From a virus (lineage: Duplodnaviria > Heunggongvirae > Uroviricota > Caudoviricetes), in the IMG/VR virus record IMGVR_UViG_3300041405_000130: 64,000 nt of DNA, one strand, 5' to 3'. Each line of letters starts with the position of its first letter. Positions within the stretch are counted from its first letter, which is position 1. Below the pieces are notes generated by a model. It did not search any database and was not told the DNA's origin. It saw only the letters and a list, made by a program, of their open reading frames with translations. Position numbers and translations under genes: made by a program. Below are positions 1 through 9,094 of this stretch, in pieces.

Positions 1-298
1 GCGTGCCTTCTTCTTCCAACTTGTCCATCAGGAACACATGTGGCATAATGGCGTTCATGATCATACGGCGCGCAGTGTAGCACACATCTTGATCCAAATC
101 GCGGATCTTGAACAGGGCTTCACACATGAAAGGCTTTGCTTCACTGTAAGCGCTGGTCATGATCGCCCGCTCAATAGCGTCAGCTGTATCACGGTTATCT
201 TTGACCATCTTACGGATGCGTTGTTGGTAACGGTATTCTTCAGCTGCGGCAGTGCCAGGGAACCACTCGGACAGTTTCTTCTTTAACAGGTTCAGCAT
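1..298 (-). CDS. Hypothetical protein, truncated at window edge (MLNLLKKKLSEWFPG...)
   Basis: Translated by hand: ATG at 298 with AAGGAG RBS; frame open to position 1; not in the ORF track. Confidence 0.75.
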   Translation of the reverse strand, partial: MLNLLKKKLSEWFPGTAAAEEYRYQQRIRKMVKDNRDTADAIERAIMTSAYSEAKPFMCEALFKIRDLDQDVCYTARRMIMNAIMPHVFLMDKLEEEGT

Positions 299-824
299 CG
301 TGGTTCTCCTTAAAATACTCTTCTACTATTTTGCAAGCTTTTGCATAGAGTGCCGGATCACCTTCTTTAAGTACTTCGAGAAGGAGTTGTTTCTCATGCA
401 TGTAGGTCTTGGCAAATTTAGCGTCATGTTCTTGAATGCTACCAGCGTTATCGATCAGGTCGCACAGCTTGATTGTTTTACCGCGTGGTGAAGCTTGAGC
501 TGTATGAGCCCGATCGATTGCTTTACGTATTTCCCGATTCCCATCTTCAGGTTTCGAGACGTCTGTAAGTTCCTCGACCAGTTGAGCGACATCACTACCG
601 AACATATCTTCGATGTGGTCACGTTTAGTCTGAGTGTCTTCGAGTACATCATGCAGCAGAGTAGCACACCGCATGTTATCATCGACGTTAGCCGCTTGGT
701 TTAAAATGAACAGCACATTAAGTGGGTGTTCATGATAGTCAGTCAGCACATATTTACGCAGTTGCCCAACCGCAGTATGGGCACCGACGCAGAACGCTTT
801 GGCAAGCTCTACTTTGTTGTACAT
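240..824 (-). CDS. HD-domain small alarmone hydrolase (SpoT/Mesh1-like)
   Basis: Motifs AH..GQ.RK, YHEHP, LLHDVLEDT, V.ELTD, IKLCDLIDN. Confidence 0.85.
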   Translation of the reverse strand: MYNKVELAKAFCVGAHTAVGQLRKYVLTDYHEHPLNVLFILNQAANVDDNMRCATLLHDVLEDTQTKRDHIEDMFGSDVAQLVEELTDVSKPEDGNREIRKAIDRAHTAQASPRGKTIKLCDLIDNAGSIQEHDAKFAKTYMHEKQLLLEVLKEGDPALYAKACKIVEEYFKENHDAEPVKEETVRVVPWHCRS

Positions 825-868
825 TGCTTTCTACTCTAAGGGATACATACACTATCCCCCAGCGTAGA

Positions 869-1342
869 TTAATTTTTGGTGTAGGGCTTCAGGTACAGAG
901 CGAAACCATTTACATGGCGAATCTTTTTGATCAATTCGCGATAGAAAGGAATGCCCGTATTGGTGATGAACTCATGTGACGAAGCCCATCTGACATCACC
1001 GTCATTTGTGGCTTTGCTGTGCTGGTGCGCATACAACGTACCGTGTGGGTGAATTTCCATCTCGATAATGCTGATCAGGCGATCACGCACTTTCTTAGGT
1101 ACATTCATCGTAGTGCGAGAATGCTTCGCCACGATGCACATGTAGTTATCAGAAGAACAATAGCGCCCGGTATCGAGAAGATGCTCCAGGTAATTTGCTG
1201 CTTCCATGTTGCACATTTTTTCTGGATAGGTAGTCCAGAGTTGGCGGCGCTTTACATTGTAATTTGCACGACGACGAAGTTCCAAACCTTTCTGAATGAA
1301 CTCGCTTACAACCGATTTCGTTTTTGCTATTACCTGTTCCAT
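869..1342 (-). CDS. Hypothetical protein
   Basis: ORF in minus-strand operon; start moved to MEQV after AAGGA RBS. Confidence 0.65.
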   Translation of the reverse strand: MEQVIAKTKSVVSEFIQKGLELRRRANYNVKRRQLWTTYPEKMCNMEAANYLEHLLDTGRYCSSDNYMCIVAKHSRTTMNVPKKVRDRLISIIEMEIHPHGTLYAHQHSKATNDGDVRWASSHEFITNTGIPFYRELIKKIRHVNGFALYLKPYTKN

Positions 1343-1350
1343 TTTAATCC

Positions 1351-1683
1351 TTAGTGTTCCATTGACAACCGATAGTGCGCATCTGCGTACCAATAGATCG
1401 TTTCGTCAGCTACGTGCCGAGCGTACTCGGCGACGATATGTTCAACCACAGAAAAGCACCCTCGGTACTCCTGAGCAACCATTCGAACGGCGTGTTGCAA
1501 TGCGTTCAAATTGATGTGCTCAGTTTCCCAATTACGGATACCGCGAAAGCCCATGACACAGCGAGCTCGATGAATTAAAGCTTTCTCCAACTCCTCCAGC
1601 GAAGAGAACTCAACCACGTTGAAGTCCTCCTTTGCTTTTGGTTCATGAAGATAAAATCCACTTACATGCATTTGGGCATTCAT
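1351..1683 (-). CDS. Hypothetical protein
   Basis: Tightly packed ORF in operon. Confidence 0.65.
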   Translation of the reverse strand: MNAQMHVSGFYLHEPKAKEDFNVVEFSSLEELEKALIHRARCVMGFRGIRNWETEHINLNALQHAVRMVAQEYRGCFSVVEHIVAEYARHVADETIYWYADAHYRLSMEH

Positions 1684-1684
1684 A

Positions 1685-2374
1685 CTACACTCTCTTTGGC
1701 ATACCGATTACCAGATCGTGACCCTCACGGCTTACATTGCCCCAGGCTACGTTCCATCCTTTTGTGCGCATATCTGCGATGACGCGTTCTTGTACAGGCA
1801 GTTCCACCGTGCCGATGAAGTTCAGAGTCCAGAAGTACGAGAACTCATCAGACTGGCGCAACTCGTGAACGTTTGGGCTATCGAACAGCTCCTTGACTTT
1901 GTGCATTACATCGTCGTAAGTAACAGTTACCAACCCCGATGCCCGACGATAGTAATCCATCGAAGGGATATCGTTTATTGCGTTTTCTTCTTTGTGCAGC
2001 GAACCATTTACATCTGGGTTAAGCTGGAAGTTTTGCTTCAGCCACACAGACTTCACAATGTGGTTGTTGCCATACTGGCACACATTGACGCAGAGAGTTT
2101 CAGGATCGAAGATAGTACGAACTTCATCGATTGCCAGTACACTTGCTACGAGGGTACGCAGAGCCTGATCCCACCAGTATTCCTCGTGCAGAGGAATTAC
2201 CATCAAACGCTTTGGGTCCAGGTGTTGATCCAAGTGACCATCAATAGTCACGTAACGCACGTGTCCTTGGTCACATATTGCGAGATACACTGAGTTGTTA
2301 GGCTGCACCCGGCTATCCGTAGCCGGCATAGTTGGCCCACTGAACGCAGGCGAGTGCTGTACTGCATTGTCCAT
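1685..2374 (-). CDS. Hypothetical protein
   Basis: 229-aa ORF with AGGAG RBS. Confidence 0.75.
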   Translation of the reverse strand: MDNAVQHSPAFSGPTMPATDSRVQPNNSVYLAICDQGHVRYVTIDGHLDQHLDPKRLMVIPLHEEYWWDQALRTLVASVLAIDEVRTIFDPETLCVNVCQYGNNHIVKSVWLKQNFQLNPDVNGSLHKEENAINDIPSMDYYRRASGLVTVTYDDVMHKVKELFDSPNVHELRQSDEFSYFWTLNFIGTVELPVQERVIADMRTKGWNVAWGNVSREGHDLVIGMPKRV

Positions 2375-2429
2375 GTTAAAGCTCCTACTGAGGTTTGGAA
2401 GTTTAATGTTGCTACGACTTGCTTCGGGT

Positions 2430-2471
2430 GAAACAAAATAAAGGATGCATTAGAGCTAAATGCTCTAATGC
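2430..2471 (-). terminator. Intrinsic terminator candidate
   Basis: Perfect 10-bp stem GCATTAGAGC/GCTCTAATGC (2447-2471) followed on the minus strand by a T-rich tract. Confidence 0.55.
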
Positions 2472-2548
2472 TAATTAACAAGATAAAAAGCCCCCATCCC
2501 ATGCTCTTAGTCACTGACCTTCACATTAGGTAGGGGGTTCAAGTACTT

Positions 2549-2800
2549 TTACAATCCGAGTACAGCTAGGTCACTTCTGACCATCAACACACAGAAAATG
2601 AAAGCCAATGCAACCCAAGCAATAACTCCGAATAAACCAGAGACATTACTGAAGTATTTAACTTGAGCGTCTTGTAAGACATTCAGTTGCTGAAGGCGTT
2701 TCTCCAACTGATGCTGGTGAAAACCTGACAGAAAAGCAACAAGAAGACTGAGCAACGCGCTCAGGGCATAAATGCCCATGGGTGATATAGTCATTCGCAC
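2549..2800 (-). CDS. Small two-TM membrane protein
   Basis: Two hydrophobic segments; coupled to upstream gene. Confidence 0.65.
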   Translation of the reverse strand: MRMTISPMGIYALSALLSLLVAFLSGFHQHQLEKRLQQLNVLQDAQVKYFSNVSGLFGVIAWVALAFIFCVLMVRSDLAVLGL

Positions 2801-3288
2801 TCACAGTCGTACGGGTTATGGTTCTCACGCAGATAGCGCAAATGCTTATGGATCTCTTTAACCAGATCACTCAAGAACACGACCGTGTAATGGCCGATAC
2901 GTTTGTGACCATCCGTTACCAGGTTGGTATAGTTGAACTGGACAACGCCCAGCTTCTCTTCTACCGAACGTCTGGTACAGATCACTTCCAGATTCCAATC
3001 TGTGTTGGTACGGAAAGAGTAGTTGTCGAGAAGATTCGAGGTAAAGCAGTTCAGCAACGTATCATCAGAGATACGCTGTGGGAACCAGGCTTGTGGATCA
3101 TTGTAGTTCCGTTGCCACTGTTCCCAAGAGGTACTTTCGCGAACCTGACGCATGGTGCAAGGCAGGATGTTTTCCGCCAACTCTACAGTTGCCCGCAGAA
3201 GGTCGGTGTAATTCTGCTTGGACGTCGAGAGTTCCCAGCAGCGAAAGAACATTTGTTCTAACGCAACACGCAAGATTGCATCGTTCAT
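2791..3288 (-). CDS. Hypothetical protein
   Basis: Start at MNDAIL, adjacent to the stop of the previous gene. Confidence 0.65.
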   Translation of the reverse strand: MNDAILRVALEQMFFRCWELSTSKQNYTDLLRATVELAENILPCTMRQVRESTSWEQWQRNYNDPQAWFPQRISDDTLLNCFTSNLLDNYSFRTNTDWNLEVICTRRSVEEKLGVVQFNYTNLVTDGHKRIGHYTVVFLSDLVKEIHKHLRYLRENHNPYDCECE

Positions 3289-3289
3289 G

Positions 3290-3547
3290 TTAGTTATTCC
3301 CGGAGAGTTTGACGTCTTTTGCTTTGATGTCCCCACAACCTTCACATTGAAGAGTATGGATATATCCGATTACGTGGTTTTTCCAGCCATGCATCTTGTC
3401 AGTAGAATGCAGGAGCTTCCACTTGTGTTGATGTGGAGGTGGGACTTCTTGATACAGCCGCTTGGTATGCGTTGCGTAATACAACGCCACCAGAGCCACT
3501 ACAAGAGCTATGATCGCCACTGCCAGTGCGTATGCTTCAAGAGGCAT
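3290..3547 (-). CDS. Membrane-anchored protein with HxH...CxxCG putative Zn site
   Basis: N-terminal TM; HQHKW and QCEGCG motifs. Confidence 0.7.
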   Translation of the reverse strand: MPLEAYALAVAIIALVVALVALYYATHTKRLYQEVPPPHQHKWKLLHSTDKMHGWKNHVIGYIHTLQCEGCGDIKAKDVKLSGNN

Positions 3548-3741
3548 CAGCTAATTCCTTGGAGATGGTTTAAACAGATCAGAATCAGTAATACTTCCGG
3601 AGCCATCAGTCCCGCTAACCACCACAGTCGGTGAGAGCGATAATGTGGTTCACCAAAAGTAGCACCAATTGCTGCAACCAACATCACTGAAAGCATGAAC
3701 AGCATCACGCCAATTACCCACATTGCCATTGTTGCGTGCAT
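3547..3741 (-). CDS. Small two-TM membrane protein
   Basis: Hydrophobic ORF with AAGGA RBS. Confidence 0.65.
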   Translation of the reverse strand: MHATMAMWVIGVMLFMLSVMLVAAIGATFGEPHYRSHRLWWLAGLMAPEVLLILICLNHLQGIS

Positions 3742-3750
3742 TGTGAGTCC

Positions 3751-4062
3751 TTAAGCCAGACGGCCGTCGGTACTGCGGTAAATGGAATTCACTGTTTCAA
3801 CCAGAGCTTGCTCGCGATCGATCCGAATGATCTTCGATGTACGAGTTGGATGCCAGCCGTTATGGCAATACATTTCACCCATCGCAACTTGCATACCTTC
3901 AACATCGGTGCGATCAGGCCAGATGGTTTTAGCGTCGGCAATGTACATGCCACGCATCGAGTAAACCAACTTACCGGTAACCTGGTCCTTAACCGGTTCG
4001 GCTGCTTGGTCATCCGAAATGACTTGAGCGGTACAACCTTTTTCAGCTACTTGCTGTGACAT
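3751..4062 (-). CDS. Hypothetical protein
   Basis: Operon-packed ORF. Confidence 0.65.
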   Translation of the reverse strand: MSQQVAEKGCTAQVISDDQAAEPVKDQVTGKLVYSMRGMYIADAKTIWPDRTDVEGMQVAMGEMYCHNGWHPTRTSKIIRIDREQALVETVNSIYRSTDGRLA

Positions 4063-4271
4063 TTGATTTTCCCCGTAACTTGGTCAATACGCCGTGTGAG
4101 GATTTTTCCACACATGCATTGAAAGGTGAACAGTTCATGTGAGACGTACTTACCTGCGGTGTCGATAGAAGTAAACGTACCGTCAGGGCGCGTCAACACA
4201 CGCTCTTTTGAAATCAGGTGATACTGATGGCGGCAGCCACCAAACAGCAGCCGCCATAGTAGTGTTAGCAT
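4047..4271 (-). CDS. Small CxH...CxCG putative Zn-binding protein
   Basis: Start MLTLLW overlaps upstream stop; CRHQY and QCMCG motifs. Confidence 0.65.
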   Translation of the reverse strand: MLTLLWRLLFGGCRHQYHLISKERVLTRPDGTFTSIDTAGKYVSHELFTFQCMCGKILTRRIDQVTGKIKCHSK

Positions 4272-4783
4272 TATGCTGCTTCCTTTTCCTTTTCGAGCTG
4301 GGTTTCGGCGATTGCTTCTTCTACGCTTACACCGATACCCGAAGGCTTGGTGGTCAGGCCCAGATTCATGCGACCTTGGAGAGCATAGCGAATGCAATCA
4401 ACCCGGCGAGGATCGAAGTATTCGGTAGCATGACCCGAGAAGGTATCACCGAACAACGAAACGTAGCACAGCTCAGTCAGCGTATGCTCGCCCTCGATAC
4501 CAGCCCATTTGGATTTCTGCGTGTGAACAAACCAGAACGACTGGCAGTTCTCGATGCGGAACTTCATGCCTTGTGCGAACAGATGTTTCAGGGTACGGCG
4601 CCAGTTAGTAACCTGGTCATCCAGATCTTCAACCGGGATCAGTTCCAACCCTTCACGCCAACCGGCATGATGCTCGTCCAGGTATTCACAGAACCGGTTC
4701 TGGCGGTGCCACCAACTTTTGATCATTGGGTTCCCGACAATCTCCTGGAACAATGGCAGTGCCGATGGTGCTAATTCTAACAT
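4271..4783 (-). CDS. Hypothetical protein
   Basis: 170-aa ORF in operon. Confidence 0.7.
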   Translation of the reverse strand: MLELAPSALPLFQEIVGNPMIKSWWHRQNRFCEYLDEHHAGWREGLELIPVEDLDDQVTNWRRTLKHLFAQGMKFRIENCQSFWFVHTQKSKWAGIEGEHTLTELCYVSLFGDTFSGHATEYFDPRRVDCIRYALQGRMNLGLTTKPSGIGVSVEEAIAETQLEKEKEAA

Positions 4784-5126
4784 CTTGTTTCCCCGTATTG
4801 AACCATTCGCTTAGTACGATGGTTGTTCGTGTTTTACCAGTTGATACATCGGTACGATACTTCAGACGGATAACTTTCCAGTTAGCCTGATGCAGCGCAA
4901 CGAAAATGTTTTTGAGGTCTTCCTCGGTATAACGCCCATCTAACTTGATGTTAAACCCACGCGCATTTGGTTCTACCAGAGGGTCAGTTCCCATGGAAAC
5001 CCATGAGTGGTTCATCTCTGGAAACAGAAGCTGTCGAGCGACTTCATTCATAAGCCGCTCGTCACGCGTCCGTGCGCGGCGAGAGAAGGTTACATCAGGC
5101 GCAGGGAACGCGTTGAACAGTGGCAT
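4686..5126 (-). CDS. Hypothetical protein
   Basis: ORF in operon; 3' end overlaps next gene. Confidence 0.6.
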   Translation of the reverse strand: MPLFNAFPAPDVTFSRRARTRDERLMNEVARQLLFPEMNHSWVSMGTDPLVEPNARGFNIKLDGRYTEEDLKNIFVALHQANWKVIRLKYRTDVSTGKTRTTIVLSEWFNTGKQDVRISTIGTAIVPGDCREPNDQKLVAPPEPVL

Positions 5127-5388
5127 GGATAGTCCCTACTTCACTGAGAAATTCAGCAGTCATCTGATTACGCAACTCGACATTGTCCAAAGCAGCAACA
5201 ATTTCTTTAAGCGGACGACCCGCTTTGAGTTGGTTATGTATTACATGAGTACGCAGCAAAGACACCGCTACATCGAACGGTATCTCTATCTCATCCTGTT
5301 TAACCGGTTGTGCAGCCAAACGTTCCCGAAGATGCGGATAACGCATCAGCATTTCTTCAGGGGTGACTCGCAACTGTAATCGCTTCAT
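5095..5388 (-). CDS. Hypothetical protein
   Basis: GAGG RBS; operon-packed. Confidence 0.65.
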   Translation of the reverse strand: MKRLQLRVTPEEMLMRYPHLRERLAAQPVKQDEIEIPFDVAVSLLRTHVIHNQLKAGRPLKEIVAALDNVELRNQMTAEFLSEVGTIHATVQRVPCA

Positions 5389-5545
5389 GCGGAACCTCGT
5401 ACGTAATACTCATGCAAGGCCGCTCAGGACGCTTGCAGTACATTTCAGATACTTCCCCTACTGGTTGGGTCAGTTCCCAAACAGCCTGCCCAGCGCCCAA
5501 CACACAGGCGCACAGACAGATAACTCCGAGTGCAACTTTACGCAT
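5357..5545 (-). CDS. Small protein with signal-peptide/TM N-terminus
   Basis: MRKVALGVICLCACVLG start. Confidence 0.55.
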   Translation of the reverse strand: MRKVALGVICLCACVLGAGQAVWELTQPVGEVSEMYCKRPERPCMSITYEVPHEAITVASHP

Positions 5546-5546
5546 A

Positions 5547-5882
5547 TTAAATCCACCGTGTGGCATGAGGGTATTCTTCACGAATACGTTTAGCGATATA
5601 GCGGTGATGCTTAGGAAACGATGTCGACAGGTTTACCCACATAATGCGAGCAGGGCCATTGTGCATCTGTTCCAACCACTCGTCGCGTTTAATTTTCCCT
5701 TGTGCCAGACGATCATTGATTCCTTGGCGAGTTTTTCCTTCGAGCCACTCGTACTTGAGCAACACGATTTGATCTTCGATATCCCGCATTGGTTTGGCGA
5801 CTGAGCAAACAGCAATGAAGCCTGCTGCAGCCACCACCTTGAGGGCAACACGGCCCACAACGTATACTTGGAAATTCATCAT
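5547..5882 (-). CDS. Membrane-anchored helical protein (similar to 11265 and 11773 ORFs)
   Basis: Start MMNFQV with GGGG RBS; hydrophobic N-terminus. Confidence 0.65.
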   Translation of the reverse strand: MMNFQVYVVGRVALKVVAAAGFIAVCSVAKPMRDIEDQIVLLKYEWLEGKTRQGINDRLAQGKIKRDEWLEQMHNGPARIMWVNLSTSFPKHHRYIAKRIREEYPHATRWI

Positions 5883-5917
5883 GGTGTTTGCCCCTAGCTT
5901 AAATAAAATAATTATTG

Positions 5918-5963
5918 TGTAAAAAAGAAAAGTTTGGGAGGGGAAGCTTGCGCCTCCCCCACC
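5918..5963 (-). terminator. Intrinsic terminator
   Basis: GC-rich stem (GGGGAGGC-GCAA-GCTTCCCC) followed by a T-rich run on the minus strand. Confidence 0.7.
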
Positions 5964-5968
5964 CGGCA

Positions 5969-6253
5969 TCAGTCAACAATCGACTCGATGTAGATTTCGA
6001 CGTTCTTGCGCAACTCATAAAGCGAGTCCACGTAAGTAACTTTGCGTTCGTATTTGTCGAGGAGTTCGCGGGACTCGACCTTTACGTTTGCACGCACGGT
6101 TCCGTGCCGCGACTTGTCTGCTCGGACACGATCCGTAATCGCGTCCAGTTCTACATAGAGGTCTTCGATTTGATAGCGGTCCCAGAACCGCTGGCAAACC
6201 ACCACGGCGCAGCTAATGACGCCGACCTTGAATAGTGTACCGAGCACTGACAT
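5969..6253 (-). CDS. Small membrane-anchored protein
   Basis: GGAG RBS; hydrophobic N-terminus. Confidence 0.7.
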   Translation of the reverse strand: MSVLGTLFKVGVISCAVVVCQRFWDRYQIEDLYVELDAITDRVRADKSRHGTVRANVKVESRELLDKYERKVTYVDSLYELRKNVEIYIESIVD

Positions 6254-6258
6254 TGGTA

Positions 6259-6438
6259 TTACTCCACAACAGTTGGGTTTGGCGGGTTCGGGGCATCGGC
6301 CGGAGGGTTGGGGCCATTCACGACATCGTCGGCAATTTCAGCAGCATCAGCCGAGATCTCATCCCAGCTACGACCGACCTGGAAGGCGACGTAACCGAGG
6401 GCAGCGATAGCGGTAATTTTCAGCACGGTCTTGAACAT
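6259..6438 (-). CDS. 59-aa microprotein, N-terminal TM and Pro-rich tail (MFKTVLKITAIAALGY...)
   Basis: Hand translation; AAGGA RBS; below ORF-track cutoff. Confidence 0.75.
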   Translation of the reverse strand: MFKTVLKITAIAALGYVAFQVGRSWDEISADAAEIADDVVNGPNPPADAPNPPNPTVVE

Positions 6439-6492
6439 GACGTATTTCCTTCTATTGCTTTGGGAATTGGCCCCACACGAGGCCGGTGGGGT

Positions 6493-6627
6493 TTACTGTG
6501 CTTTTGCAGCTTTGTTCATCTTCACGGTTTCAGCGATGTGCTCAGCGCAAGCTTTGACAGTTGCAGCAGCGATTGCGATAACAACAATTTTGCCGAACAA
6601 GCCCATTTCGTTGAATGCATTAGCCAT
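6493..6627 (-). CDS. 44-aa hydrophobic microprotein (MANAFNEMGLFGKIVVIAIAAA...)
   Basis: Hand translation; GGAG RBS; followed by a hairpin. Confidence 0.7.
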   Translation of the reverse strand: MANAFNEMGLFGKIVVIAIAAATVKACAEHIAETVKMNKAAKAQ

Positions 6628-6675
6628 GGTAGAACTCCGTAAATTAGTTGAGAAGGTTTTTTGAAGAGGCTGAGA

Positions 6676-6792
6676 TTACTTCGGGTCAGCGACTTTAGGA
6701 TTTGGACGGCAGGCGTCGGAGGCAGACAGAACGAGCTGTTGAATGCAACCGAGTACAACCGAGGCGATGATGATTTTGCCGAAAGTTTTCAT
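6676..6792 (-). CDS. 38-aa microprotein (MKTFGKIIIASVVLGC...)
   Basis: AAGGA RBS directly downstream of an early promoter. Confidence 0.65.
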   Translation of the reverse strand: MKTFGKIIIASVVLGCIQQLVLSASDACRPNPKVADPK

Positions 6793-6816
6793 AACGAATT
6801 CCTTTTGATTTAACGT

Positions 6817-6860
6817 GCTATATTCAAGATTGTAATATAGCTTTTCAATTGTTTTAAATA
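6817..6860 (-). promoter_or_regulatory. phiKZ-type early promoter (TATATTAC) in an inverted repeat
   Basis: GTAATATAG at 6832-6840; upstream ATTTAAAAC element. Confidence 0.75.
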
Positions 6861-6869
6861 GCGAAACGG

Positions 6870-7067
6870 CTATTCGTTGACGATGGCTGTGGTAACGGCA
6901 GTCAGCCCAGCGGTAACGCACAGAACCCCACCACTCAAAAGAATGGTTACGTCACGACGGGCATGACGTTTGTTGGAGTTGTCGATACCTGCTTTGAGCA
7001 TGACGCAGCCAAGGCCGATTGCGGTACCAGCGGCCAGACCAATTGCAAGACGATTAAAGAGACCCAT
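6870..7067 (-). CDS. Two-TM microprotein
   Basis: Start MGLFNR with AAGGA RBS. Confidence 0.7.
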   Translation of the reverse strand: MGLFNRLAIGLAAGTAIGLGCVMLKAGIDNSNKRHARRDVTILLSGGVLCVTAGLTAVTTAIVNE

Positions 7068-7068
7068 G

Positions 7069-7275
7069 TTATTTCCTTTCCCAGATATCCGAGAGGGTTT
7101 GAATTGCGGTAACGGCACCGACCGCGGTCAGCAACGCGCCAAAGCCAATAACTACCTGCTGATCAATTTCTTTATCAGCACGGGTTACTTTAGTACCGGT
7201 CTTGAGCAGGGACAAGCCCATAGCCATGGTAGCACCAGCACACATGCAAGTTGTAACTTTAGCGAGAAATGCCAT
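7069..7275 (-). CDS. Two-TM microprotein
   Basis: AAGG RBS; architecture like neighbour. Confidence 0.7.
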   Translation of the reverse strand: MAFLAKVTTCMCAGATMAMGLSLLKTGTKVTRADKEIDQQVVIGFGALLTAVGAVTAIQTLSDIWERK

Positions 7276-7291
7276 GATCGATTACCTTTAC

Positions 7292-7600
7292 TTAAATTGG
7301 GTTTAGTGTAACTGATTTTGTTTTCTTGAACAAACGCTTGTGGGTACGTATTGAATAGAACGTACCTATTGCTCCACCCAATGCGGATGGTACAAACACA
7401 ATCCAACCAGAATGCAGGAACAACCCGAACGTTGCGAAGATCGTGGTAGTTACCAGTACCGAAGTACCTGCAGAAACCCACTCGTGGCCCTGTGCAATAT
7501 TTCGGGATTGGAAAGACTTAACGAAAGCCTCGAAGAACGTTACGCAAAACGCCAATACAAATGGCGCTATGATCGCAGCGAAGTCGAACAATTCTTTCAT
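7292..7600 (-). CDS. Multi-pass small membrane protein
   Basis: Three hydrophobic segments. Confidence 0.7.
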   Translation of the reverse strand: MKELFDFAAIIAPFVLAFCVTFFEAFVKSFQSRNIAQGHEWVSAGTSVLVTTTIFATFGLFLHSGWIVFVPSALGGAIGTFYSIRTHKRLFKKTKSVTLNPI

Positions 7601-7779
7601 CGTACCACCAACATCTCAGTGCCATTAGGACCGATGCGGTGACCAAGAATAATTTCTTTCTTTACAGCAGCAACAGTTTCAGCGTGATTTGGGCTGCTCA
7701 GATTACTGAGTTGCTCCAGACCCATCGAACCAATAGCCAGGCCGATCAGGAAGTAAACAGTTTGGAATTTGATTTTCAT
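7597..7779 (-). CDS. Small protein with N-terminal TM
   Basis: Start MKIKFQ with AAGGA RBS; ATGA overlap with next gene. Confidence 0.6.
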   Translation of the reverse strand: MKIKFQTVYFLIGLAIGSMGLEQLSNLSSPNHAETVAAVKKEIILGHRIGPNGTEMLVVR

Positions 7780-7869
7780 GGTGTTATCCTTAATGTGGGT
7801 GCAACTCATTTGTCATAGATCGATACAATCTATCACAGATGAACTGCGGGGGCCGCAGCCCCCACGTTC

Positions 7870-8079
7870 TTACTTCTCGAGCACGGGCCATACATCAAAC
7901 GTATCACCCAGCGGATGTTTTCCATCCAGCGACATTAATGCCATTTCGGCACGAATGGATTGTGTCGATTCATCTTCGATACGCTTGGCGACGTATTCCT
8001 GATTGTGTTCGATTGCAGCAATTCGCTTTTGTGCCTGCCGTGGCAAGAACTCACGCGGATACTTGTTAATTTCTCTCAT
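7870..8079 (-). CDS. Hypothetical protein
   Basis: AGGAG RBS; hairpin downstream at about 7840-7870. Confidence 0.65.
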   Translation of the reverse strand: MREINKYPREFLPRQAQKRIAAIEHNQEYVAKRIEDESTQSIRAEMALMSLDGKHPLGDTFDVWPVLEK

Positions 8080-8092
8080 GCAATCTCCTAAC

Positions 8093-8521
8093 TTAGTTGA
8101 TAGCTTTTTCAGTAACCTGGCGTTCTACTTCCTCACGGAAAAAGTTGCGCAGCAAGCCACCGTTAGAATGTGGATGGGATTCACCATCCACTTCGATACC
8201 GCCAATACCGAAGGCAGCAACATCTACGACAGACTCGCCGAAGATCAACAGGTTGAAACGCTGGCAGATGTATTTCTGCACAGGGCAATCGTTGAAGCGT
8301 ACCACTTCGCGGGCAGGGTAAGTCTTGCCATCGGCGAAGTACTGGATATCGTAGATAGCCTCGTGGGCTTCCATGGTGCAGCGAATCTGGGAAATCAATT
8401 GGCCTGTGCAGCTACGTTTGGCCAGTGGCGATTTCGGGCCGAAGGTGAAAGCTGCTTGCAGAACCTGATGAGTCAGGTGGGTACGGAAAGTAACGAGTTC
8501 AGCATCAGAGTACGACATCAT
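8093..8521 (-). CDS. Hypothetical protein
   Basis: 142-aa ORF coupled to upstream stop. Confidence 0.65.
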   Translation of the reverse strand: MMSYSDAELVTFRTHLTHQVLQAAFTFGPKSPLAKRSCTGQLISQIRCTMEAHEAIYDIQYFADGKTYPAREVVRFNDCPVQKYICQRFNLLIFGESVVDVAAFGIGGIEVDGESHPHSNGGLLRNFFREEVERQVTEKAIN

Positions 8522-8698
8522 TTATTCTGCCTTATTTCGAGTAATGTGTTTGACGCGGTCGCTTGCTTCTTTTGCAGAAGCAGCCAGGCCTGCAATGACC
8601 TGGCTATTCTTAAGCAGTTCGGCTTTATATCGGCGATAAGCCAAGTAACCCAAACCGCCGATTGCTGCTACCGTTGCTACTACTGCTACAGATTTCAT
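8522..8698 (-). CDS. 58-aa membrane-anchored microprotein (MKSVAVVATVAAIGGLGYLAYRRY...)
   Basis: Hand translation; AAGGG RBS; fills the gap exactly. Confidence 0.75.
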   Translation of the reverse strand: MKSVAVVATVAAIGGLGYLAYRRYKAELLKNSQVIAGLAASAKEASDRVKHITRNKAE

Positions 8699-8706
8699 GC
8701 TGACCC

Positions 8707-8988
8707 TTAAAGACCGTTAGATGCCATACGGATTTGTTTGTCGAGCTCAGCAATGAACTCTTCGCGGTGAGAATCGATGGCCAGACCAGCGGTCGACCAC
8801 ATCTCGAAGATTTCCAGGTCGGACTTCAGTTCGGCGAAGGTTGGCTTGAAGGTATACTTCGCTGCCGCTTCTTTGATTTCATCCGGAATCTTGCGCATGG
8901 CATCGTTACGAGCCAGACGGGATTCATTCCAGTAACAGGCAAAGCTTGCACCAACAAGACCAACAGCAGTGAGGATTACGTTGCGCAT
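8707..8988 (-). CDS. Membrane-anchored small protein
   Basis: AAGGAG RBS downstream of early promoter. Confidence 0.75.
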   Translation of the reverse strand: MRNVILTAVGLVGASFACYWNESRLARNDAMRKIPDEIKEAAAKYTFKPTFAELKSDLEIFEMWSTAGLAIDSHREEFIAELDKQIRMASNGL

Positions 8989-9014
8989 AATGAAACTCCT
9001 TAGCGTGGATTATC

Positions 9015-9048
9015 AGGATTGTGATATAGGGATTCAAATCGTTTTAAT
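9015..9048 (-). promoter_or_regulatory. Early promoter variant (TATATCAC)
   Basis: GTGATATAG at 9021-9029 plus upstream ATTAAAAC. Confidence 0.65.
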
Positions 9049-9052
9049 GTCA

Positions 9053-9089
9053 CGGCATAAAGGCTTCCCCACGGGAAGCACTTATGGCG
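9053..9089. terminator. CATA-hairpin-TATG element
   Basis: CGGCATAA-AG-GCTTCCC-CAC-GGGAAGC-AC-TTATG. Confidence 0.65.
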
Positions 9090-9094
9090 TATCA

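Noticed and set aside
2248-2514. 88-aa minus-strand ORF
   Set aside because: Spans a terminator-like hairpin, overlaps a better-supported gene and has no clear RBS
2520-2548. GGTTCAAGT resembling a tRNA T-loop
   Set aside because: No T-stem pairing, acceptor stem or cloverleaf
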